The notes below the pieces were generated by a model. It was not told where the DNA came from. It did not search any database and saw only the letters and a list, made by a program, of their open reading frames with translations. From assembly GCA_028023455.1 (NCBI GenBank), contig JAQFVV010000007.1, forward strand, positions 7,812,001 through 7,876,000: a stretch of 64,000 nt of DNA, given 5' to 3'. The translations under genes and the position numbers were made by a program. Source of the DNA: Epiperipatus broadwayi. Lineage: Eukaryota > Animalia > Onychophora. Positions 1 through 12,790 of this stretch are shown here, piece by piece; within the stretch, counting starts at the first letter, position 1, and every line of letters starts with the position of its first letter.

Positions 1-114
1 AATAAAAATAAACATATAATTATTTTTAACTGGCTAGTTCAGCATTTGAAACACACACCATGAAAAATATAACTGATTTTTTAAACTTGATGTATTAATT
101 TTTTCTACAGTACA

Positions 115-340
115 GGCTTTTTCATACCTGCACTCAAATATGTAATATATAGGGGGTTTGAACTCAGACTTTCACATGACCAACTAACCATGCTATCTTA
201 TGTCATTTGGTGATTATTTATCTTTTTTGACATGTGTGTGATCAAGTGTGTCAGCAGTATGAGATAGCTTGAGAGTCTGAGATAGCATGGATAGTTGAGG
301 GTCAAGTGAAAGTCTGAGTTCAAACCCCCTATTTAATCTT
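115..340. repeat. Foldback copy of HHR/tRNA-like repeat family H1 (inverted pair of 3' tail segments; no HHR core retained)
   Basis: 149-198 ATAGGGGGTTTGAACTCAGACTTTCAC...CATGCTATCT is the reverse complement of about 280-332. The same sequence occurs at 3301, 3725-3993, 29420-29595 and 50100-50715. Confidence 0.8.
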
Positions 341-574
341 GATGGTGAGCATGACTCTTATACATGAAATATAAATCTATTAATAATGATAAACAAATGT
401 AAAATCACAAAAATAAAACAGACAAAATTTACATTTCCCCCCATTAATACTATTATTTTATTAATTTTCCAGAGAGTCCCACATGAGAATCTGTTATAGA
501 TACATAGGGAGACACTATTAGACACCTTGAACATTCCTTCAAATAGGCACAGTGGATATAATGTTATTCATTAT

Positions 575-1130
575 GATCATTCCTCCAAAGTATAAAGTGG
601 AGATATTATTTACTATAATCATTCCTCCAAAGAAACATAGTGGAGATAACATACTTCATGATTATTTATTCAGAGGTGCAATGGATATAAAATTATTTAC
701 CATAATCATTTCTCGCATAGAAGAATAATGAAGTTGATATCCACCATGATCATCCTACAACAGAGACGACATTATTCAATTTGATTATTGCTCAGAGATA
801 ATGTTATTTATATCATTTCCCCATGGATACACAATGAATCTGATATTCTTCACAATGATCATCCTTCTCCAGAGATAAAAGTATCCACAATGATCATTAT
901 TATATAAAGGCTCAGAAAAGATGATGATTTCTCTTCAGAAACAGAATGAAGAACACATTATTCACTATGAACATCCTTCCATAGAGACATGAAGATAACA
1001 TTATTCACCATGAACATATCTTCTCAAAAAATAGTGAATATGATAATATTAACTGGGTCATTTATCCACAGAGATGCAGTAGAGATGTCATTATTCACGG
1101 ATGAACATTCCTCCACATTTTACAACAGTA
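575..1130. repeat. Degenerate minisatellite, unit about 43-45 bp
   Basis: Recurring ATCATTCCTCCA(A/C)AG...GTGGAGATA..ATTATTCAC(C)ATG motif, about a dozen diverged units. Confidence 0.65.
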
Positions 1131-1529
1131 CTGATGACATAAGACTATGATCTTTTCTTCACAAAGATTCAGTGAAGATTACCTAAAAAATCATACAATC
1201 AAATATTTTCAGATATCTAAAAAAATATATTTTTTAATTTCCATCCAGTTTTAAACTCCAGATCAAGAATACGTAAAAAGATGTACTAAACATTTTCCCA
1301 CAAGACATTTTGCCATTAATATATAAATATATATTATTCTCTGAAAAAAAAAATTAATTTCAATAATAGATACATTAGATATAATTGGAAAATTAATCTA
1401 ATTCAGAACTATTTTTTGTAAGCTACATTGTTAAATACTTATAATGATATAAAAAAAAAACATGATCTAAGTTCAAAGATAGTTTCTAAATGTTGGAATA
1501 TTTGCTTAATGGTAAAAAAATAATTAAAA

Positions 1530-2770
1530 ATGACTGCTGGATATGTAAAACAAATAGTACAAAGTTATTCAATGAAGAAGACTATTAATGAGAGATTAGT
1601 GTAAAGATGTTGATTATAGCGTTATTTTAATTCAAATAATTTATTGAAAAGAAGAATATTTCACTGAAGAAAAACAGTTTGACTTTGGGAAAGAGAAAAG
1701 TACAAGAGATGCTATTGATGTTGTTAGAACAATTGCAGAGAGAAATATTTAAAAAGATAAAGGAATTGGTATATGTTGTATAAACATGGAAAAAGCATTT
1801 AATTGAGTAATCTGTAATAAACTTATGATTATTTAAAAAAAATAAAAAAGTCTTTTAGAAAGAAAAAAGATTGATTTGATATATGTATACTGAGCCATGA
1901 TTAAGAATTAGACTGGAAAATAATGATACTGATGAAAAAAATTAGGAGTTAGGCAAAGATGCCAATATGTCACCTGCTCTTTTTAATATTTATTTAGAAG
2001 ACATATTAAATAATTATTTAGACTCTGGAGAAGCAAATGTTGGAGATAGAAAAGTAAAATGTATAAAATTTGTAGATGATATGGCTCTTATAGCTGAGAA
2101 TGAAAAGTGTATTCAGAATATGTTGAATAAACTGGAAAAAGAATGTATGAAATATGGAATACAGATTAACATTGTAAAGACAATGTAATTATGGATAGAA
2201 AGAAAAACAAAAAGATTGTAATCTTTGATAATATAGATCTACAGGTAAATGAATTTAGATATTTGGGTAGCTAGTTGAGAGAAGATAAAAAACTGTAAGA
2301 TAAAAAAAAATATAGGCAAGGATGCAATTACTAAGAGAATGAAAATATTTTGTAGAGCTATGAAAAGAGAATTAAGGGAAAAAATAATTAAATGTTAGGT
2401 ATGCATGTCCTATTACATGAGTGTGAAACATGGACAATGAGTAAAAAATTAAAATCCGTTGAGATGTGGTCATGAAGAAGAATGAAAAAAATCAGTTGGA
2501 TGGATGAAATGATCAATGAAGATATTTTGAAAAGAGTAAATGAAAAAAGAAAGTTGATTGCGAATATTAGATTTTTAAAAAAAAATGTGAATGGATATAT
2601 ATTAAGAAGAAAGAATAGTTCCATGAAAGATGTTTTGGAGAAAATGATGAATAGAAACAAGAAGAAAAGATTGACATTTCTGGATGATATAAAAGATGGA
2701 AAAGATATGTAGAATCAAAGAACTAGGCAATGAAAGCAGTGGAGTGGAGAAATAGAAGAATTTGTGATGT
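1530..2770 (+). mobile_element. Decayed RTE-clade non-LTR retrotransposon (RT and C-terminal region)
   Basis: Frameshifted motifs QFDFGKEKSTRDAI, C.NMEKAFN, GVRQ.C.MSPALFNIYLED, KFVDDMALIA, FRYLG, WTM...EMW..RRMKKISWMD..NEDIL (ORFs 1967-2188 and 2482-2712). Confidence 0.85.
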
Positions 2771-3300
2771 GACTGCTCTCTAAACCTATTTATACATTGG
2801 ATAGAATAGTATTGATTGTCTGATTTATGTAGTTTGCCATTGTGTATTCAACCTTGCAGTAGATAGCTGTGAAACAGAGTTAATTGACTACATTACTCTC
2901 CTAATAACATGTTCTCCATGTATGTAAAAAAAAAATGTGACATTTTATTCATATAAAATTAGTTAAACATAGAATCAGATAGCTATGAAGCAGAGTAAAT
3001 TGATTGAATTATTGTTCTTTAAAAGTATATTTTGAATAAAAGTAGAAAAGAAAGTGACATTTATTGTTATAAAATTATTTAAATATAGTCAAGGGGTGCC
3101 ATTACATTATCATATTTTATTTCAACATTTAGAGTTATATAATAAAAGTTAATGGTATTGTTGTACCATTACTATATATGAGTCATTGTATTTATCTGCT
3201 TACATATAAATAAAATGTTTTATATGTTTGTAGCAATATATCTTTCTAAACATTGTGGAATAATTTAAAAAAAACTGTAAAAATAAGTACATAAACAGAC

Positions 3301-3575
3301 ATATGGGGGATTTGAACACAGACTATCAAGCTCCCTTCAACTATCCATACTAGCTCAAACCACTGATGCACATGATCACACATATGTAAAAAGATAAATA
3401 ATCATCAATATATGTATTTCATGCTGAACCAGCACTCATCAGTTGGTCCAGATTACCACTCCCACACATGTATATAATCAGTGCTCAATTTATATTAAGA
3501 TAGCAAATCCTCATACTTTAATAGACAGGCTTCAATCTATTCCACCTTCCAACTCTTCAGCCATCCATACCATTG
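3301..3575 (-). repeat. Family H1 monomer (HHR followed by tRNA-like segment)
   Basis: Colinear with the left arm of the 50100-50715 element; contains the HHR at 3404-3447 and a GTTCAAATCC B-box-like motif near 3306-3316 on the minus strand. Confidence 0.85.
3404..3447 (-). ncRNA. Minimal type I hammerhead ribozyme motif (family H1)
   Basis: Minus strand reads ACCAA-CTGATGA-GTGCTG-GTT-CAGCAT-GAAA-TACATAT-A-TTGAT. Core intact, 6-bp stem II, one mismatch in stem I. Confidence 0.75.
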
Positions 3576-3724
3576 AAAATATGATGATGGAAAGTGCAAA
3601 TCTCATGCTGATGCCAATATTACTACCATACCCATGTTGACCTCAAGTCACACTGACCTCTCATGTATAAAACCTTATCCATTTAAATACATAAAAGAGG
3701 GATTGGCATGATGTAGGCTTAATG

Positions 3725-3993
3725 TATAAGACTTGAAATACAGACATTCTTCATATACCTGGAGGTCAATTGTAAATGCAGGAGATTTGAACACAGACTT
3801 TCAAACACCCTTCAACTATCCACATGAGATATGTATATTGGTGATTATTTATCATTTCTACATGTGTGTTGTCATGTGTTTCAGTGGTAAGAGATAGTGT
3901 GGATAGTTGAAGGATGCTTGAAAGTCTGTGTTCAAATCCCCTATATTTACAATTGAGCTCCAGGTATATAAAAATGCCTGTATTTAATCTTAT
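3725..3993. repeat. Foldback copy of family H1 (inverted pair, tails outward)
   Basis: Left end TATAAGACTTGAAATACAGACATTC..TATACCTGGAG..CAATTGTAAAT mirrors right end ATTTACAATTGAGCTCCAGGTATATAAAAATGCCTGTATTTAATCTTATA. The right arm keeps only the 3' half of the HHR (GAGATATGTATATTGGT). Confidence 0.85.
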
Positions 3994-4483
3994 AATGTTG
4001 ATGGATGAATCCCAATACTTTTCTATTCTATCAATTTTCTGAATAAGATCACCAAAAGATGTTTCTGGCATGCTCTTAATAAAATAATCACTGTGATAGA
4101 TTACTCAGTTACTACAGGTAAAGGTCCTTGGTTTCAAGGTCTTTTTACATTTTTTTTGGATTTCAGAAAATAAATTTTACCACCAAATTATCACGTGGTC
4201 AAATCCAAGGTTTTTCTGCTAGAAACTAGTCTGGAAATATTGGATGACAGGAATATTATGCACATATCTTTTTGTATACATTGATCACTTAGGCTTGCAC
4301 TGAGTGGCATTACTATATGGAGAGTTTGCTGTTCTTAAAATAGATTTTACTTTCTCGTTTTAAAACTAAACTTTTTTTAAAATATCAATAGTCATTAATT
4401 TTACTAGCGATTTATTTATATATAAATACATTCTTTACATTATTTTTTTAAAAATTTTTGATTATAAAGGCAAGTTTAAACTA

Positions 4484-4570
4484 GTCAAACTTCGATAGCC
4501 GAGAGGTCAGCGCAGTGCTGTCGCGGGTTCGCTTCCCGGCCGATGCTGTGACACATGGAGAAAAAAAAGG
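4484..4570 (+). mobile_element. 87-bp tRNA-derived SINE-like insertion with 11-bp TSD
   Basis: A-box-like TAGCCGAGAGG (4496), B-box-like GGTTCGCTTCC (4526-4536), A-rich tail 4561-4568, direct repeat AGTTTAAACTA at 4473-4483 and 4571-4581; GC/CpG-rich relative to flanks. Confidence 0.7.
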
Positions 4571-5899
4571 AGTTTAAACTAATTTATTAACTGTCAAAGA
4601 TTAAAGGTCACCTGTAAAATTTTGCTTGGATAAGTTTTAAGAGAAACAGGATTTGGATTAAAGGTATTCTATAATATACTGCAGAAATTTCTACATTTTG
4701 TGTTATAATTACAGTTTCCATTATATTTTTGAAACATTCTGTATACATATGCTTTATAATATTATAAGTTATATTCTTTTAATTTAAGAAATAATCTAAT
4801 TAAAATTATACCACTATTGTTATTATTTCCCGCTTTGTTACTGTGAAGAAATTACGGTTATATCTAAGCTACTTTTATTATCTTATTGTTAATTAAAATT
4901 TACAGTCGTGATAAATTTTACTGATATTAACTTAATTCTCCAAGCAAAAAAAAAAAAAAAATTGTAATAAACCCAACAGTAAATTTTAAGTGACTTTAAA
5001 ACAATAGTTAATAACAAATAATAAAACAATTTTGCCAGAAATGAAAAAAATAAAATGTATATAATATTGAATTATGGCTAAACAAATAAAAATACTGTAA
5101 ATAATTGTAAATTCTTTATTTTGAACCAAAGGGCGAACAACATATTCTCCCGCAGATTTAAAACACATAAAGATTACAAATATTACAATTTTGTACACGG
5201 GGAACAGATATCATATTTTATTCTTTTTCTAATTAGCCTGAAGAAAATTGCAAGTAATTTGAGATGCGTTCTGCTGGCAATGAATACAACAACAACAACA
5301 ACAAGAAACGAAGTTGTTTTTGTCAAAGGCTATACTATATAGCAAAATTTCACTTAGAAACTGTTACAGGCAAAATGACACAAAGAAATAAACTTTTGTT
5401 GTTTTCATACTTCTTTCTCTTATTATTCTTTTTTACAGAAACTAGACGAGTTATTTTTACAGAATGAATGCCAAGTTGGACATAACTAACGGCAACAAAG
5501 TTACTTTAAAAAGAATATTTCAAGCAAGAAAACAAATCAATTTCAAACATTTTGTTTTTAAACATCTATCTGCATAACTTTTTAACATATCTTTTTTTTT
5601 TTTTTTTTGATATCAGATAAAAATTTAATGCAGTTTATCCAACAATAAAATGTAGATATTAAATTCGATTATTTTTGTGTGTGTGCGTATATATAAAAAA
5701 CAAACAATAAGGTACTCCAAGAATTTGAGCAGTATAAAAATGTCTAGTCGAACGTCTAAATTACTGGGTTGATAGGTGACCAAGTTCAAAAATAAACTGT
5801 CGTGCGTTGCGTGTCACTTCAATGCTGGAAAATAAACATGCAATAATATGTGGTATCAGTTTTAATTAAAAGAAATTATAAATTTTTTAAAGTAATTGT

Positions 5900-8115
5900 C
5901 CAATATCTTATTTTTACAATGAGTTGATAGAGAGCTTAAATAGTCAGATACGCAATAATAACAGATTCGTTTGTAGTAGCAGAATGATAGAAAACATGAA
6001 AGCATATAATAATGGGAATATTAGGTTTACAAAAAATGAACTGAATGAGGCAGGAAAGAAGTTGAAAAATGGAAAGGCAAAAGGTTTGATGGATGGTCAG
6101 CAGAGATGGTAATGAATTTAGAGTATAGGGCACAAGTAAAGCTATTATCCTGTTTTAATAAGATGTCACAGAAGAGAGTTTTTCCGGGTAGTTGGAGTAA
6201 TACAAAAGTAAGATTATTATTTAAAGGAAAGGGTAAGGATCATAGAAAGTTAAACAATTATAGACCAATAGTGGTAACATCAGTTTTATATAAAGTTTTT
6301 ACATATATGGTGGCTAGAAAAGTTTCAAAATGAATGAAAGGGAATAATGTAGTGGGGGGGAATGCAAGGAGACGTATAGGAGGTAGTTTATTCATAGTCA
6401 TACAACTTATGGATATGAGTAGAAATTCTGGTAGACAGTTATATATCAGTTTTATAGATATAAAGAAGGCAAATGATAGAGTAAATAGAAATATATTATG
6501 GGTAAGTTTAGCAAATTTAGGAATGGATGAAGCTTTAGTAGATATTATTAAGAAATTATATGAAAATAATTACTATACTATCAATTAGGGAATATAGAAT
6601 CAGTTAAAGTTAAAAATGGGGTGGGACTAATGCAAGGATGCCCTATGTCACCTATTTTATTTTTGTTGTATTTGAGTGAAATGGAGAGAGCAATAGAAAA
6701 ATTAGGAAGAGGGATAGAATACCATTAATAGGTGGCAACAGAATATATACTTTGTCAGGTCATTTTTTTTTTTGAGGATGATGTCTTTTTATGTGCAGAA
6801 AGTAGAGAAGATATGGAAGTTATATTGAGGACATGTGCAAGAGTGGGTAAAAAGTTGGGGATTAAATTTAGTGAAGAAAAATCAAATATAATGATGGTTA
6901 ATACTGGTGAAAGATAAGATGTAGAACTTTTATTGGGGGATATAAAGTTAAGTGTGGTGAATAGATATAGTTATTTGGGAATCATCTTAAGTAATCAGAA
7001 AAATTGTTTGGATGAATGGGAGAAAAAATTAATAAATGAAGCAAAGAAAAGAAAGGGATTGATAAAGAAATTAACAGTGTTTTCATATGATAAATATGAT
7101 GTAGCTAGAACTGTATGGAAAGGAGTTGCAGTAGCAGGGTTAACATATGGTAATGATACATTACATATTAGTAAAAGGGTATTCGATTACTTAAAAAAAG
7201 TACAAAGGAAAGTAGGAAGACATGCATTGGATACAGATGTGTGGGCAGCAAGGGAGTCAATTCAAGGAGAAATGTGATGGTCATGTTTTTATATGAGAGA
7301 TGCAAAAAGTAAAATGAAAATGTTTGGTAGGTTGCAGTTTATGGATAATAAAAGAATAGCCAAAATAGTATTTAATTGGGTTATGAGTAAAGAGCAAGCA
7401 ACAAGATGGGTGAGAAAGGGAATGTGGTATGCAAAAGATTTGGATAAAGAATTTATATCAGTATTTGTACAAAAGGTGGGATGATTGTGCTAGGAGAATT
7501 GTTGAGTGTTATAGTGGTAAGAAATGGGATAAAAGAATAGCTGCATTAATAAAGAATAGGGAGTTGGAGAGATGGAGAGCTAGTATGAAGAGTAAAAAGA
7601 GTTTAAATATATATATAGAAGTAAATGCAATGTTCCATTAATTTATGATAATAGCAAAGAAACGTTTATTGTTTAAGGCTCAAATGGGATTTTTAGCAAC
7701 AAGAGAATATACATGTAAATGGAAAAATATGGGTGATTTATTCTGCAAGTTGTGTAAGGAAGGCACGGATAATATTAGGCATCAGTTAATTGAGTGTAAA
7801 TGCTTGAAAGCAGAAAAGATACAGATAATGAAGTTATGGAAGAATAAATATGAACAAAGTGATTATACAAAAAGTGAGTTATTGTTTTTTATACTGGGTT
7901 TGGGAAAATATGAGGGAATTTAGATATAAAGGCCATAGAGTTGACAAAGATTATGTTGTGTAAATGGGATGGAGCAGATTATGAAAAACTTAAAGTGGAG
8001 AATGGAAAGGGAAGGTGGCTAACAGGTTTCTCTGGGCATAATTGCTGAGAGATTCCTGACTCTGTTTCAGGAGATGTCACAGTGCATCACATCACATCAA
8101 TCATCAGCAATCATT
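5900..8115 (+). mobile_element. 5'-truncated non-LTR retrotransposon (RT, C-terminal zinc-knuckle-like motif; clade uncertain)
   Basis: Fragmented ORFs: KLKNGKAKG.DG, LLFKGKG...NYRPIVVTSVLYKVF, FIDIKKANDRV, GLMQGCPMSPILF, F.DDVFL, YSYLGI, CKLCKEGTDNIRHQLIEC; (CATCA)n-like 3' tail at about 8085-8113. Confidence 0.85.
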
Positions 8116-8899
8116 TCTTAAATATTTTATAACCTGCCTCAATTTCATATAGAAGTCTTTTTTACCAATATTCATCAATCATATAATTTAAAACATAGAT
8201 CACTAGGATAATGTTTCTTACAATGCATTTAAATCCAGCCAATTTTTTTCAATTACTTCAGGACACTGTTCTTCAAATGCTTGACATCACTTTTATGCTT
8301 ACCAATCATCTTTAGACAAATTATTATAATTTGATTTACAGGTGCCAAACTTTCTGTGTGTAGAACTTTGAAATCCACTTCAGAAAAATATGTTAATGAC
8401 TATTACTTATATGTTGTTAAGTTAGAGATTATTATATTATTCATAATCCAGATATAAACTTTAAAACTCAATTAAAGATAAATATATCTTGTTTTTGTTT
8501 TTTTTTTATTAAACATAAGCACCAGAAATAATTCAATTTCATACCATTTTTCCACGGAAAATAACTTTTTATATGTATTTAAAACTTTCACTTCACCACA
8601 TATTCTAAAAATATATGAATAAAGATATATCTCTTTGTAATGTCTTTATTCACTTTTTCCTAAAGATGTGACCAAATGAGAATTTTAAAAAAAGATGAAT
8701 TAATTAATTACTTGTTCATTTTGGCTAGTTTTGTATTACAAAATAGATACTATCATACTCTCTGTACAAATATATATATATATATAACCTAACATTATCT
8801 AATGTAAATTGTATATCTACTATCTATTAGAAAATGTACTTGCTATGAATAAATATTTACTAAAATATAAAATAATGAACTTGTCTAATATATATATAT

Positions 8900-11073
8900 T
8901 GTAACGGAATAGCGTTACATAGGGTTTGAACCTAGGAAAGTTAAATATATATTAATAACGAAATAAATGACAGGTACAAAACTTTTTAAAAGTGAAAGCG
9001 ATCTTGTTTAAGAATGAACGAGAGACAGCCGTGTCTAAAGCAGATCGCAGATATTCAGGAGTACCTGTCAGATTGATTGAAATAAAATTAAAAAAGTTTT
9101 TATTTTTTGGGGAATTAATTTATTATAATCATTATTTGTCAAGTTTGCTTTTTGTTATTTCGTTTTAAACTAAAAAGGGATATTTTAAAATTATAATTGT
9201 AAGAAAAGTAAAAGCTTATAGAAATGATTTTGAGAAAGATTAAATGCTCGACTTTTAGCTAATGTAAATTACATTGTTCTCGTAAAACCACACACGTATC
9301 ATTCAAGGTGTGAATGAATATAAGTTTGTTAACTGAGATTGCAATATGAGATTGTCTAAACATAAGATTGCCTTAAGCACATGGATTGAGTAGACACAGA
9401 CCCCAACGACAACTCTAAGAACATGGAACTCTGGGGGGAGATTCGATCCTCAGATAAGATCCAACCCATATAAATATCAAGCAAAAAATGTTAAAAAAGA
9501 GAGATATAAAATATAAAATGTTATGTTAAGAGAAGCTAAGTCAAATTATCAAATTTTGTTCAACTTTCTCAAAATTCAATTTAATTCAAAATACTTCGTT
9601 TGTGCTATCCGTTTTCAAGATGATCGATATGAAATTAATATTTAGAGCGTCGACTGTCATGAGGGGCTAGGAAACCCTTCAGTGATTGATCGACGCTCCG
9701 CCACCAGAACATCTCCGTCGCTATGAATACTTAATAATATTACCATCTAAAATTAATGCTCCAACCAGTTCAATAATGTTCCGTGAAATACATGAATCAT
9801 CCTGATTTATTACGCTCAACTTTAAAAGAAATGAACAACCTCCTTATGGAAAACATCATCTCCCATGTTCAAACCTCCACTTAATTAGAAGCAGCGGAAG
9901 AATAAGCCAAAATCCTAGGTAAACACTTTATTTTTTTTTATGCTTTCATTCATTCCATACGTAAACTTTTAAAAAAAGGCAATCTCATAATTAACTAACT
10001 TTGATTTCGTAAATTAAACTATAAAATATTCCGTAATTCATTATATTTAAAAATTTATTATTGTAACTTATTATTGTAATCTCAACCTTCGTAAAATCAA
10101 ACACGATGCAATTCCTAAAATTTAAATCTCAGGACTTTTCAAATATGAACTTTGACCCTAATTATTATCTTATAATTTATAACACTTACCTTCAAAAATT
10201 AAAAAAAAAAGGAAATTTATATTCTATCATCCATATTTTATGATATATAATATGTTCTTTTCTGTGCGAGTGCATACATGCGTGTGTGTGCATGTAAATA
10301 AAACTTTTAACCAATGTGTTTTTTTTTATATTCAATAAATTTGTCCAGTATTTAAACAAGTCGAGCATTTCTCAAATCATTTCCTATAATTAATCTTTAT
10401 TCTATTTTTCGTCTTGATTATTAATAAAGTTAGCATTTATTCATATAGTTTATTATAGTGTTTAGATTAATCTTTCTTAAACCTTGTTGTTTTTTTATTC
10501 TCTTACAAACATCCCGTAAGTCACGATGTTTATTTATTTATTTATTCCGTAGTTAAGATAGATTTAATAGTTGGGAGGGCCTATTATAAAATATAAATAA
10601 AAAAAGAAAAAAAAAAAAAAAAAATTCCCACCCAATGGGAAGGGAGAGGGGGGGATTTTCTAATATAATTTTAATAAATAAAAAAAAAAAAACAATAACC
10701 CAATAACCCCAAAACCCCCCCCCCCCCCCCCCAGGCGCAAAGAGATGATCAAAAATCTTTTCTCCTTTCCTATTGTTAATATCATCTCCCATCCAAAAAA
10801 AAAAAAAATAAAAAAACCCCCCCCCCCCCCCCCCCCGCCGCCCCCCATGGGGGGGGGGGGGGTGGGGGGGGGGGGGGGGGGAAGACTCCTTATAATTTGT
10901 TAGGAAGGAAGGGGGGGGAGAAGAGAAAAAAAATATTAACATCCCCGGCTCCCCCCCCCCCTGGTGTGGAGAGAAAAAGTTTTCAAAAAAAAAAAAAAAA
11001 AAAACTTTCCCCATCTGGATAATAATTTCGAGCCCCCAACCCCCATATGAGGGGGGGGGAGGGGGCGGTTACA
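8900..11073. mobile_element. Probable solo LTR or non-coding LTR-type element inserted into (TA)n
   Basis: Starts TGTAAC (8900) and ends GTTACA (11068-11073), ATAT on both flanks, no coding potential inside. The last 500 bp is homopolymer-noisy. Confidence 0.55.
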
Positions 11074-11481
11074 ATATATATATATAAAATAAGTAAAAAA
11101 AAAATTACATATGGCATTTTTAGAGAACTATGTATTTTGACCTAAACCAAAAAGGTTTGGCTAAAAATGCATCATATAAGATTTTATCACTGCCTACAAT
11201 CATATATTTAAAATATATAAAATGTACATTAAATATAATTTCTAGGATATATACAAATTATGATAAAGTGTTCTAAATAAACCATTAAATTATTTAAAAT
11301 TGCATTGCTATAAATAGCAGTAAAAAAACTTTTTACCAGGGTACAAATTTCTCCTGAATACTTTCAACAGTTAGGATTAGTTTTTAACATTTTCTAATCC
11401 TGCCCTATGACCAAATCTTGAGGTGATCCTTAATATTTACTGCAGACAGTAAGATGTAATAAAAACACTTTAACTCAAATA

Positions 11482-12546
11482 CACCTGGGTCTCTTTTTAC
11501 ACGGACTTCTTTAACACGATTTTGAAGTTACGCGATTCATGTTTCACCAGAAGTCTAACTCCAATAATACGCTATTACTTTAAATAATAAATTTTGCACG
11601 CTTATGTTATATTGAAAGTAATAGCACATTATTGGAATTTGACTTTCATCTTAGTAATTTCAATATTTTCAGTGCTTTATAATAGTAAGATTTTATGCAA
11701 TAATGAAATTAAAATCATGATTTCCACATTTTATGAATACACACATTAAATTTTACAAGATTATAATATACATTTGTTCAAACATTGTGTGTGTTAATTT
11801 TGCATATTAAATCACATTCTGTTTTTGCTTTTTATAAAAGAATGTAATCAATTATTAATCATTTAGTGTCTCTAAGTTTATTTTTAAAAGGTCAGTAATA
11901 GCAATGGGCACAATTAAATTTGACAATTAAAAATTAAAATCTGATTTTTAATTGTAATTAACAATTTAAAAATTACTTACAATGACTTGAATTAATGTGA
12001 TGTGAAATTTGATTTTTAAACGGAATTGAAAATTAAAGACAAAAATAAGAATTTAATTTTTAGTTTCATAAACAATGAATAAAATCATCATCTCAAAGAT
12101 TAATTACTAATTACATTGTCACCAGAAAACCATTGACACAACATGAGTGTGAAGTTGGCGCTAGTTGTTTGCAAACAAACATGTTTTTCGGTAAATAGCT
12201 ATAATAATTAAAATGTGTATTAAAAAATGTAAATTACTGTACTGTAAATTATGCATAATAATATATTATTTTGAATAAAATTAAATATTATAGTTAAAAA
12301 AAGTTTGTCTTGTATCAATTTTTTTCAAATTTGAAATTTTTTATTAGTCATATTTTATTTCCTTATTTTTTTTTTTTGCGCGAATTTTAAAGTAATTTTA
12401 CATTGGTGCTTTGCTTTTACACGAATTTTGAAAAATCACAGATCACATCCCCCCTTTTTCAATGTAAGTTACGTGTATTTTTGTGTGATTTCATTTGCGC
12501 GTGATTTCTGAGGAACCTATCTATCGCATAAAACGAGACCCAGGTG
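11482..12546. mobile_element. pogo/Tigger-like MITE, copy 1
   Basis: TIRs CACCTGGGTCTCTTTTTACACG / CGCATAAAACGAGACCCAGGTG, TA on both flanks; internal sequence shared with 44091-44963. Confidence 0.85.
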
Positions 12547-12664
12547 TAGATAATTAATGCCTATCTTAGTATATTTACGTATTACTTATATAATGTTAAA
12601 GGAAGTTGATTTTTGAAGTGAATGATGGAAAGGCTATTTTGTTGTATATATATATATGTGCATA

Positions 12665-12790
12665 TGACTTCATAGTATTTTTTATAGAAACTTCCATGTA
12701 ATAAAAATATAATAGCTAAATAGCTGATGTTTTAGTACAATAACATGTATTTTCCTCAGAGCTTCTTCTTTCTCAAATCATAATAATTCA
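12665..12790 (-). mobile_element. Isolated 3' tail of a Penelope-like element with decayed HHR
   Basis: Reverse complement matches 45515-45633; core CTGAGGA (12759-12753) retained but GAAA mutated to AAAA. Confidence 0.7.

Noticed and set aside
575-1130. CRISPR-like array
   Set aside because: Eukaryotic context; units are degenerate along their whole length with no constant-repeat/unique-spacer structure and no cas genes.
5232-5280. HHR-like CTGAAGA-AAATT/AATTT-GAGA
   Set aside because: GAAA is replaced by GAGA, the stem is all A/T, stem I needs a bulge, and no second copy exists in the window; may be chance.
5140-5500. Series of plus-strand splice-acceptor-like sites
   Set aside because: Donors are weak, one implied intron is about 43 bp, and joined peptides show no recognisable domain.
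9645-9698. SECIS-like stem-loop (ATGA…AAA…GA)
   Set aside because: ATGA-to-AAA spacing is about 9 nt, helix II does not form in the SECIS register, and there is no selenoprotein ORF upstream; it is better explained as a plain hairpin.
10553-11014. 153-aa and 62-aa Gly/Pro/Phe-rich ORFs
   Set aside because: Translations of homopolymer runs in a likely error-rich segment.
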